Below are positions 28,559 through 37,901 of a DNA stretch of 64,000 nt, one piece after another. How positions within the stretch are numbered: the first letter of the stretch is position 1; every line of letters begins with the position of its first letter. Source of the stretch: an uncultured Hyphomicrobiales bacterium (GTDB lineage: Bacteria > Bacteroidota > Ignavibacteria > Kapaibacteriales > Kapaibacteriaceae); contig CAZUGQ010000011.1 in the NCBI GenBank assembly GCA_964620125.1, positions 14,307-78,306 on the forward strand. The letters run 5' to 3'. A program made the translations under genes and the position numbers. The notes under the pieces were generated by a model, which saw only the letters and a list, made by a program, of their open reading frames with translations, searched no databases and was not told the origin of the DNA.

Positions 28559-29431
28559 CTATCGCGTGACGGCGAGCGATGACGAACGTCTGCCGGTAGG
28601 AGTGTTCACACTTACCATGTAGTTGCCTTCGGCAAGTCCGGTGGTGGGTATGGTAGCGTCAAGCCTTCCGTTCTGAGTGGTTGCGGTGTGGCTGGACACA
28701 AGCGTACCATTCATGTCGAACACATCAATTTTCACGGTTGATTGTTCTACGTTGTCAAGGCTTATGCGAGCAGAGGTGCCACTTGGGTTCGGAAAAACGC
28801 TCAGCGGGGCAGAGGTCGACGTCAAACGATCAACTCCTGACGTGAGGCCCTCCTGTCCGAATGTGGGTGGTGGATTGCTTGGCAGAGATCCATCCCACAA
28901 CACGAATCTCAAAACAATCCTTCGTGGATTGCCGCGGAACATGTCCATGGTAGGGTCGGAACCTTTTCCGCGCATATCCTCCACCTTTTCCTTCCATGCC
29001 TCAATGTCGTCTTCATGAGCGTCAAAGATGGCCTTCAGTTTTTCCTTGCTACGCTCGATGATAGGCCGCACCTGCTCGGCAAGGTCATACATGTCATCGT
29101 GACTCTGTTCGCGTATTTGATGAAGACGCTTGCGAGCTTCTTCTTTGTCGAGATCCTGGTCTTTTACGGACTTCATCTCTAACAGGATCTTTTCCTTTAC
29201 CTGCTTGGCTTGGTTGCGCAAGGCAGTGAGTTTCGTTAGATCTTCTGCCGAGAGTGAAGCATCATACTCGTCGTGCATCTTCTTGAGTGTTGGATAAACC
29301 TCATTCTTAAACCATTCACGCAGCTCCTTCGCTTGTTCGGGATCAATCTTGTGGCGACGGCTGCGATCATCGGCACGTGTTGTTTGCAGCGTGGCGCATA
29401 CCAGGGCCACGACTATCAGAATGTACTTCAT
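28559..29431 (-). CDS. Secreted helical protein with T9SS type-A sorting domain
   Basis: Signal peptide, charged helical core, VFPNPS...VFDMNG...LAEGNYMV. Confidence 0.75.
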   Translation of the reverse strand: MKYILIVVALVCATLQTTRADDRSRRHKIDPEQAKELREWFKNEVYPTLKKMHDEYDASLSAEDLTKLTALRNQAKQVKEKILLEMKSVKDQDLDKEEARKRLHQIREQSHDDMYDLAEQVRPIIERSKEKLKAIFDAHEDDIEAWKEKVEDMRGKGSDPTMDMFRGNPRRIVLRFVLWDGSLPSNPPPTFGQEGLTSGVDRLTSTSAPLSVFPNPSGTSARISLDNVEQSTVKIDVFDMNGTLVSSHTATTQNGRLDATIPTTGLAEGNYMVSVNTPTGRRSSSLAVTR

Positions 29432-29512
29432 GAGAGAACTCCGTTGTGTTTGGAACGGGCGCGCTGTCAGGCGGTAAGGGGCTTGGGTTTAAGTGGTATC
29501 CACATATCAGAA

Positions 29513-30244
29513 TCATTCATGCAGGAATGCAGCCTTGCGCGCCAGCACGGCCTGCCTTCGACTGCGTAACTCGCCTGTGGCAAGCTTGGATGCAAGGATG
29601 CGCTGAACGTCGGATAGTGTGCGATACGGATGATGTGGAATACGCTGCTCTGTACACCATGCTGCAAGAAAGCCCTTAGCGAACACCACATCGGCATGCC
29701 GAACGGCGCACGTGTCGGAGCGACCGTCACCCACATACACGATCACATCTTCATCGGCAGCTGCGTTGATCACAGCATTGCGTTTACAACTGGCACAAAA
29801 GCAGGAACAACTTTCCGATGCACCGGGGTAAGTGCCTTTCCACGTGCTGCCATCATGTGTCATGATATTGCAGACTACCGGAAGCCTCACTGTACCAATG
29901 CGTTCAAGTATTGGCATGATGTAGGCATCAAAACCATCGCTCACCACCAGAGTGCGAATGTTCTTCGTGGTGAGCCAAGCAATGAGTTGCTTGAAGCTGG
30001 GGTCAACGTCGCGAGCTCCACACCATGACAACAAGGCCGAAGGTGTGCACCGCTGATCCAACGACTCAAGTGCTGCTGAATAATACTCTGCCACGGTAAT
30101 CGCACCACTCATGAGTTGCGATGTGAGTGTGCGATCGTTGCCGAATTCTTCAAACAAGGCATCGCTGGTATCGTGAACGGTGATCGTACCGTCGAAGTCT
30201 AGAACAACGATGAGTTTGGCCGCGACATTGCCTGACTGTAGCAT
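29513..30244 (-). CDS. MtnX-like HAD-IB family phosphatase
   Basis: DFDGTIT, VVSDG, C..CK, YVGDG.SD.C....D.VFAK. Confidence 0.85.
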   Translation of the reverse strand: MLQSGNVAAKLIVVLDFDGTITVHDTSDALFEEFGNDRTLTSQLMSGAITVAEYYSAALESLDQRCTPSALLSWCGARDVDPSFKQLIAWLTTKNIRTLVVSDGFDAYIMPILERIGTVRLPVVCNIMTHDGSTWKGTYPGASESCSCFCASCKRNAVINAAADEDVIVYVGDGRSDTCAVRHADVVFAKGFLAAWCTEQRIPHHPYRTLSDVQRILASKLATGELRSRRQAVLARKAAFLHE

Positions 30245-30270
30245 GCCTTTGGTGGATGCAGTTGCCGTGG

Positions 30271-31134
30271 TTAATACTGATAGAAACCCTTGCCTGCTGA
30301 TTTTCCGATCCACCCTGCGCGCATATACTGCTTGAGCAAGACACACGGACGGTATCGTTCCTGCTGATACTCTCGGTACAATCCATCCAGGATTAAGGTA
30401 ATCACGGCCAGACCAATCTCGTCGGCCCAGGCGAGAAGACCTTTAGGGTAGTTCACGCCCAGCTTCATGGCCTGATCAATGTCCGACGGTGTTGCCAGGC
30501 CTTCCATCACCGCAAACGCAGCTTCGTTGATAAGCATGGCCAGTACGCGCATCTGCACCAGACCAACTCTGTCCTGCACCACCTGCGTTTCGTACCCGAC
30601 GGTTCGGAGCAAGGACAGAGCACGTTCAACGTGTTCCTGGCGCGTATTCAAGCCCCCTGCCACGTCAATGCATGTGGCCCAGCTCATGGTGCCTGGTACA
30701 AGCGTAATGCCAACAACGCGTTGTGCGATACCACCAAGAACTCCCATTTCTGTAACAGTATTTGTGAGGGCAGAAACAACGACGGTGGCCTTGGGATTGA
30801 TGGTGCTCGCAATCTCGAGTGTTGTTTTCCGAGTAATTGATGGGGCTACGGAGAGTTCCACGATATGTGTAAACGCACCCGCATCATTGCGCACGTCGCC
30901 CACAACGTGAGAGGCAAATGATCCGTATTCGTCGGCATCCAAGGCGGCCTCGCCGATCTCGGGATCTACCATGTCGAGTTCCATGTCGAGCTCATCGAAC
31001 TCGTCCATGGGTGGTAGGATGCGAAAGGGAACGCTGGCAGCATCTAGTTTGCGAGCAAACTCAATCACAAAGTCCGTATCTCCCGTAAGGAGCACGTTAA
31101 ACTGTCGGGTGTCTGGCAGAGTGAATACTTGCAT
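30271..31134 (-). CDS. 3-hydroxyacyl-CoA dehydrogenase family protein (C-terminal domain intact, NAD-binding domain degenerate)
   Basis: R.LAMLINEA, DIDQAMKLGVNYPKG, D.IGL, G..GK..GKGFYQY; no GxGxxG motif. Confidence 0.75.
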   Translation of the reverse strand: MQVFTLPDTRQFNVLLTGDTDFVIEFARKLDAASVPFRILPPMDEFDELDMELDMVDPEIGEAALDADEYGSFASHVVGDVRNDAGAFTHIVELSVAPSITRKTTLEIASTINPKATVVVSALTNTVTEMGVLGGIAQRVVGITLVPGTMSWATCIDVAGGLNTRQEHVERALSLLRTVGYETQVVQDRVGLVQMRVLAMLINEAAFAVMEGLATPSDIDQAMKLGVNYPKGLLAWADEIGLAVITLILDGLYREYQQERYRPCVLLKQYMRAGWIGKSAGKGFYQY

Positions 31135-31170
31135 GGCATGCGAACATACGGGAGTAGTTTTGTTGCTTCT

Positions 31171-32037
31171 ATGAGCAATGTATGGGTTCGCATTCTTGCT
31201 GGTGCCGTAGGCATTCCGCTTGCTGTTGCACTTATCTGGGCCGGGGGCTGGTGGTTCAATACTGGCGTGATACTGGTTACCGTGCTGGCGCTGCGAGAGT
31301 TTTACATCCTGGCTGCCTCAAAGAATGCCACAGCAAACGTAAGTGTGGGATTTGTGTGGAGTGTTGTTGTGCAGGTCCTGGTGGCTATTGGGGTAGAAGC
31401 GCAAGGCATGTACGGACTCATGTGGTTTGGCTTTGCGATACTGGCCTTTCTGATGGGCATGCTCACAACGTTGATTGCTGAGTTGGGTCGGAATCGGTTG
31501 AATCCCATACTCAATACAGGTATCACCATTACTGGCGTTACCTACGTTAGTTCCTGTATGAGCACGCTGTTCGTTCTGCGCTCCACGCACTGGCAACTCA
31601 GTCAGGGCATCATTGGTTCGAAGGGTGCTGCTCTAGTGCTTGTGCTTTTTGCAAGCGTGTGGGCCTGTGATACAGTTGCCTACTTTGTTGGTATCAGCTT
31701 CGGAAAACACAAGCTCTTTCCCCGTGTTAGCCCGAACAAGAGCTGGGAAGGGGCTGTGGCAGGCTTTGTAGCGTGTGTGTTGTGTTTCTCACTCATGGCA
31801 CCCTGGCTTATGCCCACCTTTCCTCTGTGGCTTGCTGTTGTTTGTGGTGGTACACTTGGCGTTGTGGGGCAACTGGGCGACCTAGTGGAGTCCCTGCTTA
31901 AACGCGATGCAACCATCAAGGATAGCTCGCACATCATTCCGGGTCACGGTGGTCTGCTTGACCGGTTCGACTCGATGCTCTTTGCTGCTCCGATGCTGTT
32001 GATTCTCCTCTCCATCGTTTCATCCGTTCTGTACTGA
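31171..32037 (+). CDS. cdsA: Phosphatidate cytidylyltransferase
   Basis: WACDTVAYFVG, SPNKSWEG, GDLVES.LKR...IKDS...IPGHGG.LDRFDS; TAGTTTTG element at 31155-31162. Confidence 0.95.
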   Translation: MSNVWVRILAGAVGIPLAVALIWAGGWWFNTGVILVTVLALREFYILAASKNATANVSVGFVWSVVVQVLVAIGVEAQGMYGLMWFGFAILAFLMGMLTTLIAELGRNRLNPILNTGITITGVTYVSSCMSTLFVLRSTHWQLSQGIIGSKGAALVLVLFASVWACDTVAYFVGISFGKHKLFPRVSPNKSWEGAVAGFVACVLCFSLMAPWLMPTFPLWLAVVCGGTLGVVGQLGDLVESLLKRDATIKDSSHIIPGHGGLLDRFDSMLFAAPMLLILLSIVSSVLY

Positions 32038-32040
32038 TTC

Positions 32041-32946
32041 ATGCTCCTGCATATGCATACCGGGCATGCTCATGATCATGCCATCCACGATCATCGAGAC
32101 GTTCGTCCGCTTCGTATCGCCATCGTACTTACGAGCACCGTGCTGGCTGTGCAGATCGTTGGCGGTGTGATCTCGAATAGTTTGGCGTTGCTTAGCGACG
32201 CTGGACATGTGTTCGTGGACCTAGCCTCGCTTCTGATCGCCTACTTTGGGCTGAAGTTCGCGGCACAAGCAAGAGAGAAGCACGACATCCGCTACACCTT
32301 CGGGCTACGCAGGCTTGAGATTCTGGCTGCACTCACGAATGGATTCTTACTTGTAGGAATCTGTATTTACATCGTAATCGAAGCCGTTCGAAGGATTGCT
32401 GATCCGCAACACGTGCACGCCGAGTCAATGTTCGCAATAGCCGTAATCGGATTCATTGCCAATGCGATTAGCGCACTGTACCTCCATAAGAGTGAGCACA
32501 TCACAACACGAAGTGCGTATCTCCATGTGCTAACAGATCTGATGTCAAGCGGCGGCGTCATCATTGCTGCCGTGGTTTTAGCGATTACGGATTGGGAATG
32601 GATTGACCCAGCCATCAGCATTGTGATTGCAATCCTTATCACTCGTGGGGCTTTAAGGGTGATTCGAGAATCATCGGTGATTCTGATGGAGAGCGCACCG
32701 TCCCGCATCAATGTGGGTGAAGTACAAGCGGAACTTGAGGCTATAGCTGGTGTGTTGAACGTGCACGATGTGCACGTATGGCAATTGGGGCAGCATGACG
32801 TTACAGCCACGGTGCACGTGGTTACAGATGCTCCGAATGACGCCATGGTTACTACTGTGCGCGATGTACTCAGAAGCAGATTCGGCATCGAACACGCTAC
32901 CGTGCAGGTTGAGCGGAAGAACATGAACGATGACTGCGGCGCATGA
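32041..32946 (+). CDS. Cation diffusion facilitator (CzcD/ZitB-like Zn/Co/Cd exporter)
   Basis: His-rich N-terminus, SLALLSDAGH..VD, TFG..R.E.LAA, AYLHV..D, HDVHVW, HATVQVE. Confidence 0.92.
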   Translation: MLLHMHTGHAHDHAIHDHRDVRPLRIAIVLTSTVLAVQIVGGVISNSLALLSDAGHVFVDLASLLIAYFGLKFAAQAREKHDIRYTFGLRRLEILAALTNGFLLVGICIYIVIEAVRRIADPQHVHAESMFAIAVIGFIANAISALYLHKSEHITTRSAYLHVLTDLMSSGGVIIAAVVLAITDWEWIDPAISIVIAILITRGALRVIRESSVILMESAPSRINVGEVQAELEAIAGVLNVHDVHVWQLGQHDVTATVHVVTDAPNDAMVTTVRDVLRSRFGIEHATVQVERKNMNDDCGA

Positions 32947-33302
32947 ATGATCTTCTTTCGAATACGTTCCTGATTACGGCCCCGCTCATGGTGCTTACGG
33001 CAGAGTGTACGGTAACTGCCATACGCCGATTCTATCCAGAGTCAACAGCCAAGGTGCTGTGGCGCTGGGTGCGACTGTTGTACGGTGTTAGTCTGATTCT
33101 CGTGCCATCGATCGCTGGCATTGTTACCGTTAGCATTGCATGGTTTGGTGCAGGTTTGCTCATGAGCATGGCATTCAGCAACCTCCGCGTACCGAGTGGT
33201 CGAGGGAGAGCACTCGGCCTTACGGCTTGCGCTGTTGCCCTTGGTTTAACGGGAGCACTTCCGCTTGTGGTTAGTAGCAGAGTGCTGGACGTAGCAGCGT
33301 AG
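32943..33302 (+). CDS. Hypothetical membrane protein
   Basis: ATGA overlap with the CDF gene; 3-4 hydrophobic segments. Confidence 0.55.
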   Translation: MNDLLSNTFLITAPLMVLTAECTVTAIRRFYPESTAKVLWRWVRLLYGVSLILVPSIAGIVTVSIAWFGAGLLMSMAFSNLRVPSGRGRALGLTACAVALGLTGALPLVVSSRVLDVAA

Positions 33303-33422
33303 TGGCCGTAGTTTGCAGCGTTGGCCAAACCTGGTTGCTTTGCACCGTAATGGCACAACACAGAGACAACCATCCCAAGGATGCGTGAACATGCAGGCTT
33401 TTATTGGTGATTCAGTAAGGCA

Positions 33423-33854
33423 ATGATTCCAATCCTTCTCATCATCGCCTCCTTCGTCGCGATGGAGTTTTTTACCGGCTGGTTCCACCGGTACGTGATG
33501 CATGGCCTCTTATGGTCCGTCCATGAAAGCCACCATCGGCCTCCTCGTTCCTTCTGGCAGCGAAACGACTTGTTTGTGCTGTTCTTTACCACAACCTCGA
33601 TGACGCTCATCTTTCTTGGTATACCAAACGGACCTACCTTGTGGATGGGCATTGGTGTTGCCATGTATGGAATGTGTTATTTCTACGTGCACGACTTTCT
33701 CATACACAAGCGATTGGGTAAGCCCCCTGCTCCCAAAAGCCGGTATCTGCGTGCCATTCACCGAGCCCATCTGGCACATCACCGGCATTTGGATGCTCGT
33801 CCTGGAGAGGCATTCGGTCTGTTGTGGGTGCCCTTGCGTTATTGGCCGGAGTAA
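33423..33854 (+). CDS. crtZ: Beta-carotene hydroxylase (sterol desaturase family)
   Basis: HRYVMHG, HESHH, RNDLF, HD.LIH.R, AH.AHH, FG.L His boxes. Confidence 0.85.
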   Translation: MIPILLIIASFVAMEFFTGWFHRYVMHGLLWSVHESHHRPPRSFWQRNDLFVLFFTTTSMTLIFLGIPNGPTLWMGIGVAMYGMCYFYVHDFLIHKRLGKPPAPKSRYLRAIHRAHLAHHRHLDARPGEAFGLLWVPLRYWPE

Positions 33855-35323
33855 AATCGTTTTGCACCGTCCTTCATGCCTACCAGTTCGGACTTGAGCA
33901 GATACATCATGTGCCCCGCCTTATAGTAGCTCATGGTTACGTTGTTGCGAAGGGGCTTTGGCAGGCCCATGTGGTCGAACGTGTACTCAGCGGCATAGAA
34001 CGGGGTTGCCAGATCGTAGTAGCCGTTTAACACCCACACCTTGAGGTGAGGATTGCTGAGCATTGCATTGCGCAAGCTCGGTGCAACATTCAGGTATTCA
34101 TTTTTGGCGTTACCGTAGTCCCACGGCCAGACTCTTCCGGTCAGGACTTCGTAAGGAAGTGTGGTGTTTACGTTGAGCTCACGTGTAAGGTAGTCGTTGA
34201 TGCACGTTGCAAAACATCCTGCAATGGTTGGATGGTGACTTGGATCTCGTTCCATCCACTCGCTGAGTTTGTTGGCAACAGTGCCCTTGTATCGGCTATC
34301 GAAACGTCCGATAACCATGCCACTATCTCGAAGCAGTTCTGCGCAGAACTTGTGAATGTTGATTCGCAGATCAGTTTTATCCAGATAGTCAGTTCCAAGT
34401 CCAGTTAACTCTTGCAGCTGGTTCACGGTTTGTGTTCGTTCGGTTGCCGAAAGTTTGTCGCCAGCCATGAGAGCAAGGGTGTAATTCTTGGAGGCATAAT
34501 CTCGTGCCTGCTGTGCAAGAGCTTCAACGGATGATGCACTGCCTGCCGGGCCAAGCCTTCCATGGTACTGAGCGGTAACGGCGTACGTGGGCAGGAAGAG
34601 GGCGAAGGGGAGGTCATTGCCTTCAGCAAAATCAATCGTCTGAAAGTTGAGTACTGCACTAACGAGAATCACTCCATTCAGGTACATGCCATAGCGGTCT
34701 TGCAGGTGGTTGCTTAGGCCAGCAGCCCGTGTAGTGCCATAGGATTCTCCAATGAGATACTTTGGAGAAGCCCAGCGCTTGTTGTCTGCAATCCAACGCC
34801 GGATGAATGCACCAACACTTTCGATGTCTTGCTGGACGCCATGAAAATCCTGTCCGGCTGTTTTTTCGTCGGCTGCACGCGAGAATCCTGTGCTTACCGG
34901 GTCAATGAAGACAAGGTCTGTGAGATCCAGCCATGAGTAGTCATTGTCAACCAACCGATAAGGTGGGGGAAGCGTTGTGCCATCATCATTCATCAGCACA
35001 CGCCGCGGTCCAAGTACTCCCAGGTGCAGCCACACGCTGGAGGAGCCGGGACCACCGTTGAAGGAGAACGTGAGAGGGCGTTTTGATGGATCCGCCTCAC
35101 CCTTCTTCGTGTAGGCCACGAAGAACACTCGTGCCCTGATGGTGCCATCTTCTTTTGTTAAGGTTAGATGCCCAGCTGTTGCATCGTACTCCACAACCGT
35201 ACCACCAATTGTTAGCCGATGGGTTGTGGTGATTGGCTCCTGGTAGATTGGCAAAGGGGCTTTGGTTGTGTCGGCTGCATGCATGCACGTGACCGACAGC
35301 AGGAGAATGACGAACGATATCAT
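33839..35323 (-). CDS. Peptidase S10 (serine carboxypeptidase)
   Basis: Signal peptide; FNGGPGSSS, FIDPV.TGFS, GESYG, G.YDLATP, Y.AGHMMY. Confidence 0.92.
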   Translation of the reverse strand: MISFVILLLSVTCMHAADTTKAPLPIYQEPITTTHRLTIGGTVVEYDATAGHLTLTKEDGTIRARVFFVAYTKKGEADPSKRPLTFSFNGGPGSSSVWLHLGVLGPRRVLMNDDGTTLPPPYRLVDNDYSWLDLTDLVFIDPVSTGFSRAADEKTAGQDFHGVQQDIESVGAFIRRWIADNKRWASPKYLIGESYGTTRAAGLSNHLQDRYGMYLNGVILVSAVLNFQTIDFAEGNDLPFALFLPTYAVTAQYHGRLGPAGSASSVEALAQQARDYASKNYTLALMAGDKLSATERTQTVNQLQELTGLGTDYLDKTDLRINIHKFCAELLRDSGMVIGRFDSRYKGTVANKLSEWMERDPSHHPTIAGCFATCINDYLTRELNVNTTLPYEVLTGRVWPWDYGNAKNEYLNVAPSLRNAMLSNPHLKVWVLNGYYDLATPFYAAEYTFDHMGLPKPLRNNVTMSYYKAGHMMYLLKSELVGMKDGAKRFYSGQ

Positions 35324-35445
35324 CAGACGTGTGCAGTGGTGGGTATGTGATGTTTCAAAACCAGAAGGGAGCACGAATACGGTCTGTGGTATGCAGGCGG
35401 GCATACGATCAGAATCTTGTTGTGAGCCCCCTTCATAGTCAGAGG

Positions 35446-36696
35446 TCATGTGGGATCGCTCTCACTTCGGATAGACGAAACCTTTTCAGCAAGAGCATCG
35501 GCTGAAGGTGGCTGTATGGTGTCGAGAAACGGCGTTACGTCACTGAACAGGCCGTGTGTGGTTTCTGACTGAATGTATCGCGCAACAGCTTCGATGCTTT
35601 GTGTTTCGTGGTATACACGCAACTGACGATCGGCACCGCTACCATTCTCAAGGATCGTGTTGATGTACTCGATTTCTGCGCGGGATCCAAGATCGTCCAC
35701 AACATCATCAACAAATTCTAGCAGCTCGCGAATGAGATCGCGGGCAGGGAGCTCAACTTGCCGACCCCAGTCAATAAGTTTTCCGTCGAGGCCATATCGA
35801 ACGGCGCGCCACTTGTTTTCCATGAGGAGTGATCGGCGGTATTGCCGGAAGGAGAGGTTGCGCTGGTACAGGGAGTACAGCTTGGCGGCGATGGCCTGAC
35901 AGAGTGCGGCAATTGCTATTGTTTCCTCGATACGCATGGGTAGGTCGCAGATACGCACTTCGAGGGTAGGAAAGAACGGGTGTGGCCGAATGTCCCACCA
36001 GATTTTCTTGGCATTATCTATCGAACCCGTCTTTACCAGAAGGTTAACATAGTGTTGGTACTCACTCCAATCGGAAAACAAGTCGGGCAAGGCCGTGCGG
36101 GGGAATCGTTCAAAGATCTTCGATCGGAAGCTCTTTAGCCCAGTATCCGCTCCTTCCCAGAACGGACTGTTTGTGGAGATGGCCAACACGTGCGGCATGA
36201 AGTAGCGCATCTCGTTCATGAGCTGTATCTGTACCTCGCGGCTTTCGATGCCGATGTGAATGTGCATGCCGAAGATTAGCAGGGAGCGCGCCAGCAGCTG
36301 CATGTCTTCGAGGATGATCTGATATCTGTCATCCGGATAAATGTCCTGATCCTCCCAATGGGCAAATGGGTGTGTGGATGCCGCACCGATGAGCAGGCCG
36401 TTCTGTTTGGCCAGGTGATGAACAATGCTGCGAATCTTTGTAACCTCGAATCGGGCCTCCTTGATATCCCGGCACACAGCGGTTCCGATTTCCAGCATTG
36501 ACCCATGCATCTCCGGCTTGATATGCTCATGGAGGAGAACTCGACCCTTGCTGATCAACTCCAGGTTCACATGTGAACGCAGGTTGAAGGTTTGCGGGTC
36601 GAGTACCATGTACTCTTCCTCGATGCCAAGCGTGAAGGACGGACGTTCGTAGGGGTTTCCCGGATTGAAGAACACTCCCGGATCTTCTGCAGCCAT
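35446..36696 (-). CDS. Carboxylate-amine ligase, YbdK/GCS2 family
   Basis: FTLGIEEE, STHPF, FGMHIHIG, NSPFW.G, WWDIRPHP...TLEVRICD, ENKWRA.RYG. Confidence 0.92.
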   Translation of the reverse strand: MAAEDPGVFFNPGNPYERPSFTLGIEEEYMVLDPQTFNLRSHVNLELISKGRVLLHEHIKPEMHGSMLEIGTAVCRDIKEARFEVTKIRSIVHHLAKQNGLLIGAASTHPFAHWEDQDIYPDDRYQIILEDMQLLARSLLIFGMHIHIGIESREVQIQLMNEMRYFMPHVLAISTNSPFWEGADTGLKSFRSKIFERFPRTALPDLFSDWSEYQHYVNLLVKTGSIDNAKKIWWDIRPHPFFPTLEVRICDLPMRIEETIAIAALCQAIAAKLYSLYQRNLSFRQYRRSLLMENKWRAVRYGLDGKLIDWGRQVELPARDLIRELLEFVDDVVDDLGSRAEIEYINTILENGSGADRQLRVYHETQSIEAVARYIQSETTHGLFSDVTPFLDTIQPPSADALAEKVSSIRSESDPT

Positions 36697-36767
36697 GAAC
36701 ACCTCAGTGAAAATGTGCGTGAAGATAGCGCAACACACGCACGTGCCGAACGTTGTAGTTTTCCGCT

Positions 36768-37193
36768 ATGCCAGAACTTAGTATCGAGAGCAACGGCCTG
36801 CTCGAAACAACGGCCGTCTATTACAATGGTGAGCAGCTTCGCGGTGTTCGCGAGTTACTCCTGAATATGGATGAAAATGGTACGTTCGATGCCATCCTCC
36901 AGTACAAAGGGGCCGACGGTGAGATGTACACTAGAAACGTACTGGAAGAATACCTGGACAACGTAGCGACGGGTGAACCGTCTTTTACGGAGGAGGAGGC
37001 CCAATCACTCCGATTGTTAACCATCGACAGTGACGGATCTCTGGAGAACACCATCGTGGCGTTGGACGGAGTAGCACAGGGAGGTATCGTAAGCCTCTAT
37101 GTTCACATAAAGGCACCGCCAGAGGTGGAGTTTACAGCAGAAATCACCTACCGTGAAGAAGACGGACAACTAACTCGAGAGAAAGTGTTTTGA
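36768..37193 (+). CDS. Hypothetical acidic protein with an internal duplication
   Basis: LSIESNGLLETT..YYNGEQ..G resembles LTIDSDGSLENT..ALDGVA..G. Confidence 0.65.
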   Translation: MPELSIESNGLLETTAVYYNGEQLRGVRELLLNMDENGTFDAILQYKGADGEMYTRNVLEEYLDNVATGEPSFTEEEAQSLRLLTIDSDGSLENTIVALDGVAQGGIVSLYVHIKAPPEVEFTAEITYREEDGQLTREKVF

Positions 37194-37194
37194 A

Positions 37195-37899
37195 ATGAAC
37201 ATTGCAAAGCCCCTTTCCACTGCGATACTCATTGGCGCGATCATTTTCATGACCGTTCCATTCGACGCGTTTGCACAACGAAGCCGTGGTGGCGGATCAT
37301 TTGGCGGAAGTCGGTCATCTGGTAGGTCGTATTCCGCGCCTCGCTCTGCACCACGGTCGAGTCCAGGCGGATCGTTCGGCGGCACCCGCCGTTCACCGTC
37401 GACATCGCCAACCACCACACCACGCAACTACTCTGCACCAAGGGCCCGAAGCACCTCACCAACGGGAGCACCCGTTTCCAGTCGGCCGAATTCGTTTGGT
37501 GGGTCGCGGCTAAACAGCAGTCAGGAGTACACCAGCAGATACGGAACACCTCGCAGGGTTGAAACTGCACGAGTGCCTACTGCAAACGGTGCACAGAACT
37601 ACGTTGTTCACCGGTACGGCGGACTCGGCGATAGCTTTATGATGGGTTACCTAATGGGATCGATTCCGTGGTACTTCAGCATGCCATTCCACCCGGCGTT
37701 CTACTACTCGAGACCGTACACAGTAGCTAATCCCGATGGTACTACTAGCGTATATCCGGGCACGTTTCAGTGGGGACAATTCTTCTTTGTACTCCTACTC
37801 GTAGGAGGTGCGGGATACATCCTGTACGTGTGGCTACGATCGAGAAGAAAACGCCACCTGCAAGGTGGCGTTGACATGTCGCGGTCGTCGTTCAGTTAA
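37195..37899 (+). CDS. Hypothetical exported/membrane protein with a Gly/Ser/Arg-rich N-terminal region
   Basis: Signal peptide (AFA), RGGGSFGGSRSS low-complexity tract, C-terminal TM helix and basic tail. Confidence 0.65.
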   Translation: MNIAKPLSTAILIGAIIFMTVPFDAFAQRSRGGGSFGGSRSSGRSYSAPRSAPRSSPGGSFGGTRRSPSTSPTTTPRNYSAPRARSTSPTGAPVSSRPNSFGGSRLNSSQEYTSRYGTPRRVETARVPTANGAQNYVVHRYGGLGDSFMMGYLMGSIPWYFSMPFHPAFYYSRPYTVANPDGTTSVYPGTFQWGQFFFVLLLVGGAGYILYVWLRSRRKRHLQGGVDMSRSSFS

Positions 37900-37901
37900 C
37901 G

